From Candidatus Uhrbacteria bacterium RIFCSPLOWO2_01_FULL_47_25 (GTDB taxonomy: Bacteria; Patescibacteriota; Patescibacteriia; GWA2-46-9), in contig MGEK01000023.1 of NCBI GenBank assembly GCA_001791325.1, positions 4,405-68,404 of the forward strand: 64,000 bases of DNA, written 5' to 3'. The notes beneath the pieces are model-generated. The model was given only the letters and a program-made list of their open reading frames with translations. It was not told the DNA's origin and ran no database searches. The position numbers were made by a program, and so were the translations under genes. Shown here piece by piece: positions 40,509 through 50,059 of the stretch (position 1 is its first letter; the number at the start of each line of letters is the position of its first letter).

Positions 40509-41063
40509 TCAATCATACTTAATCTCAATCTTATCATTGTCCTGCATAATGTAGTTCTCAAATGCATCATTCGTCTGGCCATTCACATACATCTTAACGG
40601 TGCCGTCCGGGCCGTTTGAGTAATCAAGAATCCGTTCCCGGCTGAACATCTTGCCCCAATTATTAAAGAACCCTCCAACTGTTAAATCATCTTTCTTCAC
40701 AAGGTTAGAAAACTCCAAATGCACAACCCCATCTGCCTCATGGGTATGGATCGGCTGATGGACAAGTCCAAGGCCAATAGCTTCAGGAATATCCTGTCTG
40801 ACACCCTTAATGTAAATCGCCATTTCCGGGTGCCAATGGAGACCATTGCGCGACACAATGTCTGCTTCGGTTAACGGTGGCTGTTTAGCGGCGTATCTGG
40901 CAATTGCTATAATGCCAGCCGCTAATACGAGAAAGATGCCGATGAGGATAGCGGCTTTATTCAGCCACTGGCGCCGACGGAGACTGGCTGTCTCGCCTGC
41001 GCGGCTCTGCCGCCTCAACTCTCGCCTGGCACGTTTTGTTGGTGGTTGATAAGAAATATCCAT
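40509..41063 (-). CDS. hypothetical membrane-anchored protein with His-rich segment
   Basis: N-terminal TM; LVHQPIHTHEADGVVH. Confidence 0.45.
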   Translation of the reverse strand: MDISYQPPTKRARRELRRQSRAGETASLRRRQWLNKAAILIGIFLVLAAGIIAIARYAAKQPPLTEADIVSRNGLHWHPEMAIYIKGVRQDIPEAIGLGLVHQPIHTHEADGVVHLEFSNLVKKDDLTVGGFFNNWGKMFSRERILDYSNGPDGTVKMYVNGQTNDAFENYIMQDNDKIEIKYD

Positions 41064-41129
41064 TTAATTTAAGGTTAGCTGAAAATAAAATAATATAACT
41101 AACTACGTGCTCAACTTCGTTCCTATATA

Positions 41130-41183
41130 CCCCGCTAGAAGTCCTCGGAAGATAAAATTCTTGAGGGGATTTTATCTTCGGCG
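41130..41183. repeat. truncated TIR element D (one terminus CCCCGCTAGAAGTCC plus canonical internal hairpin)
   Basis: CGGAAGATAAAAT-loop-ATTTTATCTTCG adjacent to the TIR; no partner TIR found; 66 nt upstream of gene 40509..41063. Confidence 0.6.
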
Positions 41184-41247
41184 GTAATTATAGTAATGAA
41201 CCTCCGCGCAGCAAGACCGCGGGGAATAATCAAGTTTAAAATCCCGA

Positions 41248-42372
41248 TTACCTAATAAGTATATACCCGCCAGGCACTCCTTTTTTAGATAAAACAATCT
41301 GCCACAATTGATTTTTTCTGGCCCGAAACGATCCGGCGCAAGCCAATAGATAATATCTCCACATCCGATAAAATCTTTCGTCATAATTTGATTTTATGCT
41401 ATCCCAATTGTCTTCAAAATTTTTATGCCAAGCCATAAGGGTCTTATCATAATCAGCCCCAAAATTGTGCCAATCCTCCATCACGAACAATCCCTCAATT
41501 GCTTTGCTGATCTGTCGAATTGAGGGAAGCATGGAGTTTGGAAATATATATTTTTCAATCCACGGATCTGTGCCGCGCACCGAACGGTTGACTCCTATCG
41601 TTTGCAATAAAAATAAACCATCGTCTTTAAGCACATTGTGCACGACCTTCATAAATGTACGATAATTTTTATATCCTACGTGCTCAAACATTCCTAAAGA
41701 CACCACATGGTTAAACTTTTCATTGATATCCCGATAATCCTGAAGCCGCGTTTCTGCGGAAAGATTTTTGTACAATGTATCAGCCAATTCTTTTTGCTCT
41801 TTTGAGACAGTAATTCCAAGCGCGCTGACTCCGTATTTTTCGGCGACATACCCGATAAAGCTTCCCCAGCCGGAACCGATATCAAGTATTTTCTGTCCGC
41901 GTTTTAGACCAATTTTTCTGCAAACGAGACCTAATTTTGCTTCTTGCGCATCATCGAGTCCACCAGCCGGTGGATTACCGCCCCAATATCCGCAGGTATA
42001 AGTTAAACGCTTATCAAGCATCGTGCGATATAGATCGTTGCCAATGTCATAATGCCGCTTCCCTATCTCAAAGGATTTTGATTTTCTTCCAGCATTCAAG
42101 ATGGAATTCCAAACAAATTCGGATATTACGTTCCAATTGTATCTAACTCGACTGTCAATATCGGCTCCGAGAACCTTATCGAAAAACTGATCAAGCCTTT
42201 CGCAATCCCACCAGCCGTCCATATACGACTCTCCAAGCCCCAATGATCCCTGTCGTAATATGCGGCTGTAAAAATCCGCGTTGTGTATCTGAAGATCGTA
42301 CGGATTATTTCCGTTTATTGTAATGCCTACGCTTGCAAGCAACGACTTGATAATTTCTTTACTCTTCTTCAT
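41248..42372 (-). CDS. cfa: cyclopropane-fatty-acyl-phospholipid synthase
   Basis: SAM-binding ILDIGSGWG motif and CFA synthase length. Confidence 0.9.
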   Translation of the reverse strand: MKKSKEIIKSLLASVGITINGNNPYDLQIHNADFYSRILRQGSLGLGESYMDGWWDCERLDQFFDKVLGADIDSRVRYNWNVISEFVWNSILNAGRKSKSFEIGKRHYDIGNDLYRTMLDKRLTYTCGYWGGNPPAGGLDDAQEAKLGLVCRKIGLKRGQKILDIGSGWGSFIGYVAEKYGVSALGITVSKEQKELADTLYKNLSAETRLQDYRDINEKFNHVVSLGMFEHVGYKNYRTFMKVVHNVLKDDGLFLLQTIGVNRSVRGTDPWIEKYIFPNSMLPSIRQISKAIEGLFVMEDWHNFGADYDKTLMAWHKNFEDNWDSIKSNYDERFYRMWRYYLLACAGSFRARKNQLWQIVLSKKGVPGGYILIR

Positions 42373-42422
42373 ACTAATAAATCTCCAAAATTCCTTATTA
42401 TTGTTTTTTGTTTTCCGATAAT

Positions 42423-42515
42423 GGAGCTTCCCTGCTTTACCCCGCCGCGGCGGGGCGGCGGGATGGCATCTTGACGGACGGGGTTTTGTGGAGCGCTTGC
42501 CTGCCGGCAGGCAAG
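42423..42515. repeat. GC-rich hairpin repeat module upstream of cfa (…CTTTACCCCGCCGCGGCGGGGCGG… then CTTGCCTGCCGGCAGGCAAG)
   Basis: Core shared with 165-222 and 60002-60150; a second perfect 8-bp hairpin follows. Confidence 0.7.
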
Positions 42516-42547
42516 ATGGTTTTCTAAAATTTAATCTTCAACGCCAA

Positions 42548-43618
42548 TTATACTCCACAGCCGCCTCCACCGCCACCTTGCCTCTCCGGCGGCGTAACTT
42601 GATTGAGTACCTGCTTGTATCCTGAAGCACTGGAAAGATTCACGCCCAAAATCTCTCGCGGATCAGCTTGTTCCCAAGTCGTTCCGTTTGTTTGAAGAAA
42701 TTTAGCAATGGTTAAATAAGTGTCGGGGAACCAATAGGCATTAACCGCCAGGGCGGCTCTATACATATCTTCTTCACTGACCCCTTGCGAGGCCATAATC
42801 TCCAAAAGACCGAGCATGGCCATGCCATGATTACAGTCTGGAAAATATGTTGAATTGCCGCAACAGGGGCGATAGATGCCCTGCGATACCTTCTCAACCA
42901 ACTTCTGCTGTTCTACGGTCAACGTCACAAAAGCGTGCTTGCTATAATGGTTCATCGCATCTCCTTTGGCGAGCGTCCATCCGCCGGTTGAAGCAAAACC
43001 GCCGGCGCCACCATATGCCGCATCCTGCATCGGACCTTTATCCAAAATCTCGTTTTTATTGCCAAGGCCAAAGGCCCAAAGCAAATTCAACAGCACCCCC
43101 GAATTCTGCGCAGTAATTTTCAATCTTCCGTTGCTTGAATCTGCCAACAACCGCCCTGTTTCAACATCAAGACCGCCGCGTTCGGCATAAAGCGACTCAA
43201 ATTTCTGTCCATCAACGACTCCGGCGGCTGTCATTTTGACACCCAAATCACCCCAAACCACGGGTAAATCAACACCCGCTGACGGCAAAACAACCCTTTC
43301 TAAATCACTAGAAGCCACATCCACATTAGCACTGTGCTGTTTAGTTGCATCAGCGCCACTGAGTCCGTTCACGGCGTTGCCTGACGACTTCGCCCCAAGC
43401 ATTCTATTCAACAATGGCTTTCTGCCGACTGTGATATCAACACTGAAAAATAATCCAAGCAAATTAATCACTAAAACAGCTAAACCAATTACGCCAATGA
43501 CATCAAGCGGACGGTACTTTTTCCAATTCCACCTGTTCCAATTCCACTTGCGTCGTGGCTTGATATTAGAAGCCTCTAAACTTTCCGTAGTCTCTATATT
43601 CTCATGTTGTGTTTCCAT
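42548..43618 (-). CDS. hypothetical membrane-anchored protein with Cys-rich C-terminal domain
   Basis: N-terminal TM; CCGNSTYFPDCNHG cluster. Confidence 0.45.
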   Translation of the reverse strand: METQHENIETTESLEASNIKPRRKWNWNRWNWKKYRPLDVIGVIGLAVLVINLLGLFFSVDITVGRKPLLNRMLGAKSSGNAVNGLSGADATKQHSANVDVASSDLERVVLPSAGVDLPVVWGDLGVKMTAAGVVDGQKFESLYAERGGLDVETGRLLADSSNGRLKITAQNSGVLLNLLWAFGLGNKNEILDKGPMQDAAYGGAGGFASTGGWTLAKGDAMNHYSKHAFVTLTVEQQKLVEKVSQGIYRPCCGNSTYFPDCNHGMAMLGLLEIMASQGVSEEDMYRAALAVNAYWFPDTYLTIAKFLQTNGTTWEQADPREILGVNLSSASGYKQVLNQVTPPERQGGGGGGCGV

Positions 43619-43630
43619 AAGATAAATGAA

Positions 43631-44068
43631 TTAAGAATTAATTAAGTTAGTTTTTCTAATCATCATTATTAAGTAAGCAATGCCAGCCAAGTTAAATAAG
43701 ACGCTCGCGGCCAATAAATAAACCTGATACTTTATGAGCGCAGCGGCAAACAGAGTAAGACCCAAGAAAGGAAGGAAGTCCACTAAGCGATGAGCGCAGC
43801 AGGCAACCATGGCTATGGTTGAACCAGCACCGCCGCCAGCTACAACTCCAGCTGAAGGATGGTTGTGGCTACCGCGCAAATACGCAAACAAACCAACCTC
43901 AACGCCAAAACCAACTATTAGCGCTGCCATCCAATACCATAAACTGCTAAACTGGCGCCAGGCAAAATCAGCACCGGAAACTAAACTGGTCACGCCGAAT
44001 GATAGACCAAAAAGAGCCAGGCTAGCAACTGCTCCGATGAGAATAGAACGAGGCACTAACGCAGCCAT
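43631..44068 (-). CDS. hypothetical 4-TM membrane protein (Cys-Cys-x-His motif)
   Basis: Hydropathy; MVACCAHR. Confidence 0.4.
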   Translation of the reverse strand: MAALVPRSILIGAVASLALFGLSFGVTSLVSGADFAWRQFSSLWYWMAALIVGFGVEVGLFAYLRGSHNHPSAGVVAGGGAGSTIAMVACCAHRLVDFLPFLGLTLFAAALIKYQVYLLAASVLFNLAGIAYLIMMIRKTNLINS

Positions 44069-44559
44069 ACAATTTCCCTTCTTGGCACACCCGCAAGATC
44101 GCGCACCACTAAACGAACATTCCCTTTAACTTTGGAAAAATATAGGGTGAACTCTTGATGATGTCCACTGCCCGAAGATTCAACGCGCTCGGCCGGGATA
44201 GCTATACCATCATCGCTCTCCAAGTTGATCTGCGTGTTTGGGTTAAAAGCAGATAAGTCAACGGAATGCGTATCAATAGCAACGTTGAATACCAGCTTTC
44301 CTTCAAATTCGCTAAACTCCGCTATCACAGTAACTCCCCTCTCGCCATTATCGCTTTTTGATTCGCCCCGCACAACAGGAAGCTCTTTCCTCAAGGCGGA
44401 TGAAGCCGCGATGCGGGGTTCGCCGCGCAACGTGGATTTTGACTCTTGAACAGCATCACTGTACGGACGCGACATTAGCAACCCAAAACCAAAAAGAATA
44501 GCTATTGGAAGAAAAATTAGAACGGCCACTTTGACTACGCGCATCATATTCAGCAACAC
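44056..44559 (-). CDS. hypothetical membrane-anchored protein
   Basis: N-terminal TM, beta-rich. Confidence 0.4.
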   Translation of the reverse strand: MLLNMMRVVKVAVLIFLPIAILFGFGLLMSRPYSDAVQESKSTLRGEPRIAASSALRKELPVVRGESKSDNGERGVTVIAEFSEFEGKLVFNVAIDTHSVDLSAFNPNTQINLESDDGIAIPAERVESSGSGHHQEFTLYFSKVKGNVRLVVRDLAGVPRREIVWLR

Positions 44560-45008
44560 TTATCCATTTCCCGCTCAAGTTCCAACACCTGTTTGTCATC
44601 ATGACCCTTCCCTAATCTACTGCTCCCAAGGAAAAAAAATCCAGTAATAATGGCTAGAGCAACTAAAGTTGAGAAGAATCCAACCCACTGCCAAGACAGC
44701 AGATAAAGAACGGTCATGAAACCAGCTGGAATAAAAAGCGTCTTCCAAAGAAGCGGCGAGCGGTGCCGCGGCAATTTTGTTTCTAGCTGATAAGCCAACC
44801 CCACAACCGAGCCGCCCATAAGCACGGCCGGAACAAGCAAGTCAATGTTATAACTTAATATCCGCGCTCCAATCATCCACAACCACGTGCCGCTGACTCC
44901 GGCGCAGATGGCGCAAACGCGCCACGGGAAAAATCGGTTAAGAAACCAAATAATTCCCGTGAGCGCAAAGATTGAAATTACGGCGATGAAGGAAAGCGTC
45001 AGAGCCAT
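44550..45008 (-). CDS. hypothetical 4-TM membrane protein
   Basis: Hydropathy; operon position. Confidence 0.4.
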   Translation of the reverse strand: MALTLSFIAVISIFALTGIIWFLNRFFPWRVCAICAGVSGTWLWMIGARILSYNIDLLVPAVLMGGSVVGLAYQLETKLPRHRSPLLWKTLFIPAGFMTVLYLLSWQWVGFFSTLVALAIITGFFFLGSSRLGKGHDDKQVLELEREMDKCC

Positions 45009-45781
45009 AAAATTATAATCCCCAAGGCAATCATAGCGAGCCCGCCACCCAATCGCATCACACTGCGTTCGCTTTTCTGCCAGGCCTCAACTTTATTAAG
45101 CAAGTTCTTGTCGCTCGCCAGCAATAGCAAGATTACCAAAGGTGAAACAAAGATAAGGTTATAGAGAATCAGGTAACCAAAACCCAATAAGTAAGTGGCT
45201 TGATCATGCAATAATCCGAGAGCCGTCAAATACGGCCCGCCCGTGCAAGGGAATTCGCATATACCGACCAACGCACCGAGCAAAAAGGCCGTGGGTATTG
45301 AAGCTTGCTCCATCAGTATGGCCATCCGACGATGTGCGGCATGCGGAATCTTTAGCTTAATTGGGAAACTTGGCCAGATTTCGTTAATCACATTGATGAA
45401 GCCAAGCACGATTAACAGTATCGCACCGATCCTAGCCATAAAGTGTGGGGTGCTGAATAGATGGAGCGTTCCCAATATCCCCAGACCAATCAATAGATAA
45501 ACCAGAAAGAGACCGGCAACATAGGCTCCGCCAATAGTTAAGATTCTGGAGCGCAACTGGCCAATGCTAAAGAGAAAAGCAACCGTTAAAAGCAACACGG
45601 AAAAGGCGCAGGGATTAACACTGTCAAGAAGCGCTGAAGTTATAATTAATGGTAGCAACCATTTGCCGCCATCGCTCCACGTCCAAAGCGTAGCCGTAAC
45701 CGCGCTGCCAGAACGAAGCAATAGCACTGCCGCAATAAGAACTGCCGCCAGTGACAAGAGCGTAATTATTCTTTTGTTCAT
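44999..45781 (-). CDS. ccdA: cytochrome c biogenesis/thiol-disulfide transporter CcdA (DsbD family)
   Basis: Two TM cysteines in conserved contexts (SVNPCAF, CEFPCTGGPY). Confidence 0.8.
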   Translation of the reverse strand: MNKRIITLLSLAAVLIAAVLLLRSGSAVTATLWTWSDGGKWLLPLIITSALLDSVNPCAFSVLLLTVAFLFSIGQLRSRILTIGGAYVAGLFLVYLLIGLGILGTLHLFSTPHFMARIGAILLIVLGFINVINEIWPSFPIKLKIPHAAHRRMAILMEQASIPTAFLLGALVGICEFPCTGGPYLTALGLLHDQATYLLGFGYLILYNLIFVSPLVILLLLASDKNLLNKVEAWQKSERSVMRLGGGLAMIALGIIILWL

Positions 45782-45787
45782 AATAAG

Positions 45788-46303
45788 CTACGGCGTTACG
45801 TTAGCCGAGAAGCGAAACTCAAGAGGTAAACCAGCATCATTCTCAAGAGAAACCATGCGATCAATTCTCCCTACCCCAGCCGGCCCGTGCGCTGTTGGGT
45901 CAAAAGTAACCTCAACGTCAGTAGATTGACCAGGATTCAATGTTTCACTAATGGACGGAACTATTCCATGCCCGGGCATGCCAAAAGGGCCCACTCGCCG
46001 ATCGCCGATGAGCAAGGCCGCTTTCGTGCACATGCAAGAAGTATAAAGCTTGGTCAGCGTGACGGGACGATCAGTGGGATTTTTCACAAGGAAGCGACGA
46101 CTCACGTTACCTGTGGCCATGGAAACAGTGCCAAAGTCGTAGTTTGTTTCTTCGGCGGCCAAAACGATTTGACTAGATTTATTGGTTTTGCCGCCGCCTG
46201 ATGTTCCGGGCTGACTCAACCAAACAAACCCCACAAAAACAACCAGCACTACTGCAAAACCTATTAACATATTTTTTTGTTCAACGATGAATTGTTTAAG
46301 CAT
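45788..46303 (-). CDS. DUF1573-domain protein (start probably at internal Met MLKQF)
   Basis: YDFGTV and TSCMCT motifs; the N-terminal 10 codons of the ORF-table model lie in a terminator hairpin. Confidence 0.55.
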   Translation of the reverse strand: MLKQFIVEQKNMLIGFAVVLVVFVGFVWLSQPGTSGGGKTNKSSQIVLAAEETNYDFGTVSMATGNVSRRFLVKNPTDRPVTLTKLYTSCMCTKAALLIGDRRVGPFGMPGHGIVPSISETLNPGQSTDVEVTFDPTAHGPAGVGRIDRMVSLENDAGLPLEFRFSANVTP

Positions 46304-46307
46304 AACA

Positions 46308-46335
46308 ATAAGCACCCCGTTTGCGGGGTGCATAA
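46308..46335 (-). terminator. intrinsic terminator hairpin GCACCCCG-CAAA-CGGGGTGC followed by UUAUUGUUAU on the minus strand
   Basis: 8-bp GC-rich stem with downstream U-rich tract; downstream of gene 46407..46847. Confidence 0.6.
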
Positions 46336-46406
46336 TCTAATAATTAACTTGAAACTAAATAATAACCAACAAGTCAATACATCGCAAGGTTATAACCTTG
46401 ATAAGA

Positions 46407-46847
46407 TTAACGCACCCATAACGCCGCGACCGGATCACGCTTCTCATGCAAGGCGAGCCATTGCCGTAAATTTGCTTCTAGCGGCGTAACAGATTGCTCA
46501 ACATTTGTATATCCTGCTGCCATTAAACGACCAATAGATAGAATGCTACCGCGCCACAAAAATTTCAACCGCACGAGTGCCACTAGGACGAGCATCAGCA
46601 ACAGTGCGGTTATAACACTAAGAAAATCAGGCGAAGCGGCAAATATTTTTAAAACCTCCAGATGAAAAGATAAAAAGTCCGCGGGAACTGAACCGGCCTC
46701 CTCCGGGCACGGCGCCACCCTGCCGACGGAAGCAACACAACCGCCCACCTCATGTCCTGCGACATGCTCCATCATCGTAAACCCAAACAGAGCTACGCCA
46801 AAAACACTAATGGTTAACAAAATCACCGATAAAGACTTCAATTTCAT
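46407..46847 (-). CDS. hypothetical secreted protein with Cys pairs
   Basis: Signal/TM segment; HEVGGCVASVGRVAPCPEE. Confidence 0.4.
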   Translation of the reverse strand: MKLKSLSVILLTISVFGVALFGFTMMEHVAGHEVGGCVASVGRVAPCPEEAGSVPADFLSFHLEVLKIFAASPDFLSVITALLLMLVLVALVRLKFLWRGSILSIGRLMAAGYTNVEQSVTPLEANLRQWLALHEKRDPVAALWVR

Positions 46848-46893
46848 ATATACCTTGATAATAAGGTACTCTATTTGATTTAATAAGTCAATA

Positions 46894-47736
46894 TCAAACT
46901 GGCGACACTACTGGTTCTTCCGATTTGGCCGTAAAATTGATAATCGTAATAATAACCGTAATTATCGTAAACGAAAATGGCGGTACAAGTGAGGGAAAAG
47001 GATTTAACAGCATACCAATAACGCCAATAAGAGCAAAGGGCATAGTGGATGCATGAATCGCCATCTGGTAGGCGCGTTTAAAAGGCAAACTATTTTTTTT
47101 CAAACGGTAAAAAATCCATATAAACAGAGAGGCTAAGATAATACGTACAAAAAATGAAGTATAGATAAACAAACCGCCGATAAACAGACCAAAAAACATA
47201 ATGGGCATGATCCAGCCCAAAAAAGGTTGAATAGTGTTAATCCATGATACTATTTGGCGTCTATCAATTGTAACATTGGGTACATTCTTCAAGGACGTTA
47301 TCTTTCCTTGCCCTTTATTTTCATAAGATATAAGGCTGTCTTTGGTCAGAATGAATGGCGCGTCATACTCTTCAATTTTATTTAGTGAAAAAGAATTTTT
47401 TGTGTCTACAACGACCGCATTGCGCCAAGGCATATTTGAACCGAGCGGGAACGGAATCGTTACCGGCTCTTCTTTGTTATGCGTGGCCTGCCCGTTTTTA
47501 ATTTCAATAACCAAATCTTCGGGAAATGATTTTATAATTAACGGGCCGGCTGTCTGTACAAGATTGTTGACTGTTGGCAATAAACTAATCCCTATAATAC
47601 TAGTAAAGATAACCGAAGCAAAAAGAATAAGTACGAAATAATAGCTGACAGAACTAGACAATGTCTGGTTGGACAAATTTCGGTAAAATTCTTTGGAGTA
47701 AATACTGTTCCAGAATGTCTGGATAAAAATTTTCAT
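46894..47736 (-). CDS. hypothetical polytopic membrane protein
   Basis: Hydropathy. Confidence 0.45.
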   Translation of the reverse strand: MKIFIQTFWNSIYSKEFYRNLSNQTLSSSVSYYFVLILFASVIFTSIIGISLLPTVNNLVQTAGPLIIKSFPEDLVIEIKNGQATHNKEEPVTIPFPLGSNMPWRNAVVVDTKNSFSLNKIEEYDAPFILTKDSLISYENKGQGKITSLKNVPNVTIDRRQIVSWINTIQPFLGWIMPIMFFGLFIGGLFIYTSFFVRIILASLFIWIFYRLKKNSLPFKRAYQMAIHASTMPFALIGVIGMLLNPFPSLVPPFSFTIITVIITIINFTAKSEEPVVSPV

Positions 47737-47765
47737 AGTTTTAAAACCTATTTAAATCATTTTAT

Positions 47766-48659
47766 TTATACTTTTATTCCACGAATGGCCTGAATTCTTT
47801 CTTCCACCGGTGGGTGGGTCATAAACAGTTTATGCCAAAATGATGTTTGCCCAGCGGTGCGGAAAGGATTTTCAAACCACAAATGCGCGGTTGAATTGTT
47901 AGCCACCTGCAGAGGAGTTGGATCTCGCGAAATTTTCTCCAGTGCCCGCGCCAAGCCCTCGGGATAGCGCGTAAGAAGCGCGCCTGATGCGTCAGCTAGA
48001 AACTCGCGCTTGCGGGAAATTGCGAGCTGCATCAAGGTCGCGGCCAATGGCGCAAGAAAAGAAAGAACAATGGCAATTAGAATGAAAATCCCATTGCCTC
48101 CCCGATCGCGGCCGCGCCGACCCCAAAAGAATGAGCGCATAAAAAAATCCGACAAAATGGAAATAAATCCTACCAAGATAACGGCCACTGTGGACACTAA
48201 AATATCGCGATTGCCTATATGCGATAATTCATGCGCCAATACTCCTTCAAGTTCAGAACGATCTAGACGCTCCATGAGCCCTGTCGTGACAGCGACCACG
48301 GCGTGCTCGGGATTACGGCCAGTGGCAAAAGCGTTCGGGGCCGGGTCTTCAATCATGTATATTTTTGGCACAGGCAGGCCGGCGGTAATGCATAAATTTT
48401 CTACGACATTATAAAGCTCACGGGCATTTTCTCGTGTGACGGGAACGGCGTGCGTCATCTGAAGGACAATTTTGTCTGAATACCAATAAGAAACAATGCT
48501 CATTATAGAGCTAAAAAGAACGGCAATATACAGAATGCTTGAGCTCCCGTAAGCTTGAGAAAACAGCCATCCAATACCGATGATAATGCCAAAGAAAAAT
48601 GTAAAAAGAAGCCAAGTCTTTCTGATGTTGGCGTCTCTATTGGTATAAAGAGTCGGCAT
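47766..48659 (-). CDS. htpX: zinc metalloprotease HtpX (M48)
   Basis: HELSHI zinc motif, 4 TM. Confidence 0.9.
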   Translation of the reverse strand: MPTLYTNRDANIRKTWLLFTFFFGIIIGIGWLFSQAYGSSSILYIAVLFSSIMSIVSYWYSDKIVLQMTHAVPVTRENARELYNVVENLCITAGLPVPKIYMIEDPAPNAFATGRNPEHAVVAVTTGLMERLDRSELEGVLAHELSHIGNRDILVSTVAVILVGFISILSDFFMRSFFWGRRGRDRGGNGIFILIAIVLSFLAPLAATLMQLAISRKREFLADASGALLTRYPEGLARALEKISRDPTPLQVANNSTAHLWFENPFRTAGQTSFWHKLFMTHPPVEERIQAIRGIKV

Positions 48660-48673
48660 TTTTACTTAATTTG

Positions 48674-49303
48674 CTAAAACGATACTTTTACTGGTTCAGC
48701 TTCTGGAGATCCATCCGGCAAATCAAAAAAATCTTCGTGAGAAAAATGAAATAAACCGGCGATGATATTTGAAGGGAACGTATCCATGGCCGTATTCAAA
48801 GCCATAATATTGCCATTGTAAAACCGACGACTGGCTTGAATTTTATTTTCTGTATCCGCCAATTCTCTTTGCAAATCCAAAAAGTTGGCGTTGGCCTTAA
48901 GATCGGGGTAACTTTCAGACACGGCGAACAAAGTCTTTAGGGTGTTAGAGAGCATATTTTCTTTTTCTGCTTTTTCCGCTAACCCTTTAGCGCCCATGGC
49001 CTCGGTACGCGCCTTGGTCACGTTTTCAAAAACTTGACTCTCGTGCTTAGCATAACCTTTAACTGTTTCAACGACATTGGGAATAAGATCGTATCGTCTC
49101 TTTAATTGCACATCTATGTCAGATAGCGCTTCTTTGACGCGGTAGCGAAGCTGTACAAAACCGTTATAAATGCTAACCACCCAAACCAACGCCACGATTA
49201 TTATGGCCGGGATATTGAAAGCCCAGCTGATTTTATCAAACAGGCCGCTAATAACGAGAATGATAATAAGCCCCCCGAGAATTGTTGTCCAAAATTTGGT
49301 CAT
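48674..49303 (-). CDS. lemA: LemA family protein
   Basis: N-terminal TM and conserved LemA core ([24 protein letters not shown]). Confidence 0.85.
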   Translation of the reverse strand: MTKFWTTILGGLIIILVISGLFDKISWAFNIPAIIIVALVWVVSIYNGFVQLRYRVKEALSDIDVQLKRRYDLIPNVVETVKGYAKHESQVFENVTKARTEAMGAKGLAEKAEKENMLSNTLKTLFAVSESYPDLKANANFLDLQRELADTENKIQASRRFYNGNIMALNTAMDTFPSNIIAGLFHFSHEDFFDLPDGSPEAEPVKVSF

Positions 49304-49410
49304 ATATTTGTACTTAATAATTAAGTATTAATAACAGCATTATCGCACGAAAGGGGGTTTTTTACCAGATGTCCTATACTCCACCAATTTACACTAATAT
49401 TTAACTAATG

Positions 49411-49449
49411 GACACCAAAATAAAACCGCCCCGCAAAGCGGGGGCGGCT
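49411..49449 (-). terminator. strong Rho-independent terminator of the major pilin gene
   Basis: GCCGCCCCCGC-UUUG-CGGGGCGG stem followed by UUUUAUUUU on the minus strand, 24 nt after the pilin stop. Confidence 0.8.
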
Positions 49450-49472
49450 TGGTGACAAAATTAATCTCACCC

Positions 49473-50018
49473 TTAACGGGAGGACTTAATCTCCGCAACG
49501 TTTTCTGCATCACATGCTTGAATAGTAATAATACCTGCGGCGCTCTTGGTTAATACATAACCAGTTTTGGCTGCCGTATATGTTGTTGCCGCGGGCGGTG
49601 CTATAGGAATACTGCCGAGATAACCTTTGCCTACCAACCCATTTGCACCGTCGTCTAAATTAATGCAATCTGCGTCTGCGGCAATAGTAACATCTGTACA
49701 CGCTATAGCATTTGCCCCCACATCATCGCAACCCGTAGCGGACGTCCCAATCATATAAGCAGTGTTATCCAATTTAAGTGGATCAGCAATAGCGGCTAAA
49801 TAAGTCCCACCATTATCAACCTGATTGACTTTAATTGCGCTCAAAACTGCCGATATATCTGTTCGCCTTCTGGCATCACGCGCGTCTTGAAAGCGTGTTA
49901 ACGGATTCAAAGCCACAAAGGTGGCGGCCGCGAGAACGGCGATAATACCGATGACAATCAAGAGTTCAATTAATGTAAATCCTTGAAGTCGCGACCTTAT
50001 TTTTTTGACTACTCCCAT
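49473..50018 (-). CDS. pilA: type IV major pilin (start at internal Met MGVVKK)
   Basis: Class III signal RLQG/FTLIELLIVIGIIAVLAA; small secreted protein. Confidence 0.8.
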   Translation of the reverse strand: MGVVKKIRSRLQGFTLIELLIVIGIIAVLAAATFVALNPLTRFQDARDARRRTDISAVLSAIKVNQVDNGGTYLAAIADPLKLDNTAYMIGTSATGCDDVGANAIACTDVTIAADADCINLDDGANGLVGKGYLGSIPIAPPAATTYTAAKTGYVLTKSAAGIITIQACDAENVAEIKSSR

Positions 50019-50059
50019 ATTTTTAAAAAAATTAAGTAATAAAATTGTGAAAATTTTTG

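Noticed and set aside
49473-49500. TTAACGGGAGGACTTAATC at the 3' end of the major pilin gene resembling fused TIR halves
   Set aside because: It lies in frame within the coding sequence (…EIKSSR*) and the arm order is permuted relative to a real TIR. It is most likely coincidental.
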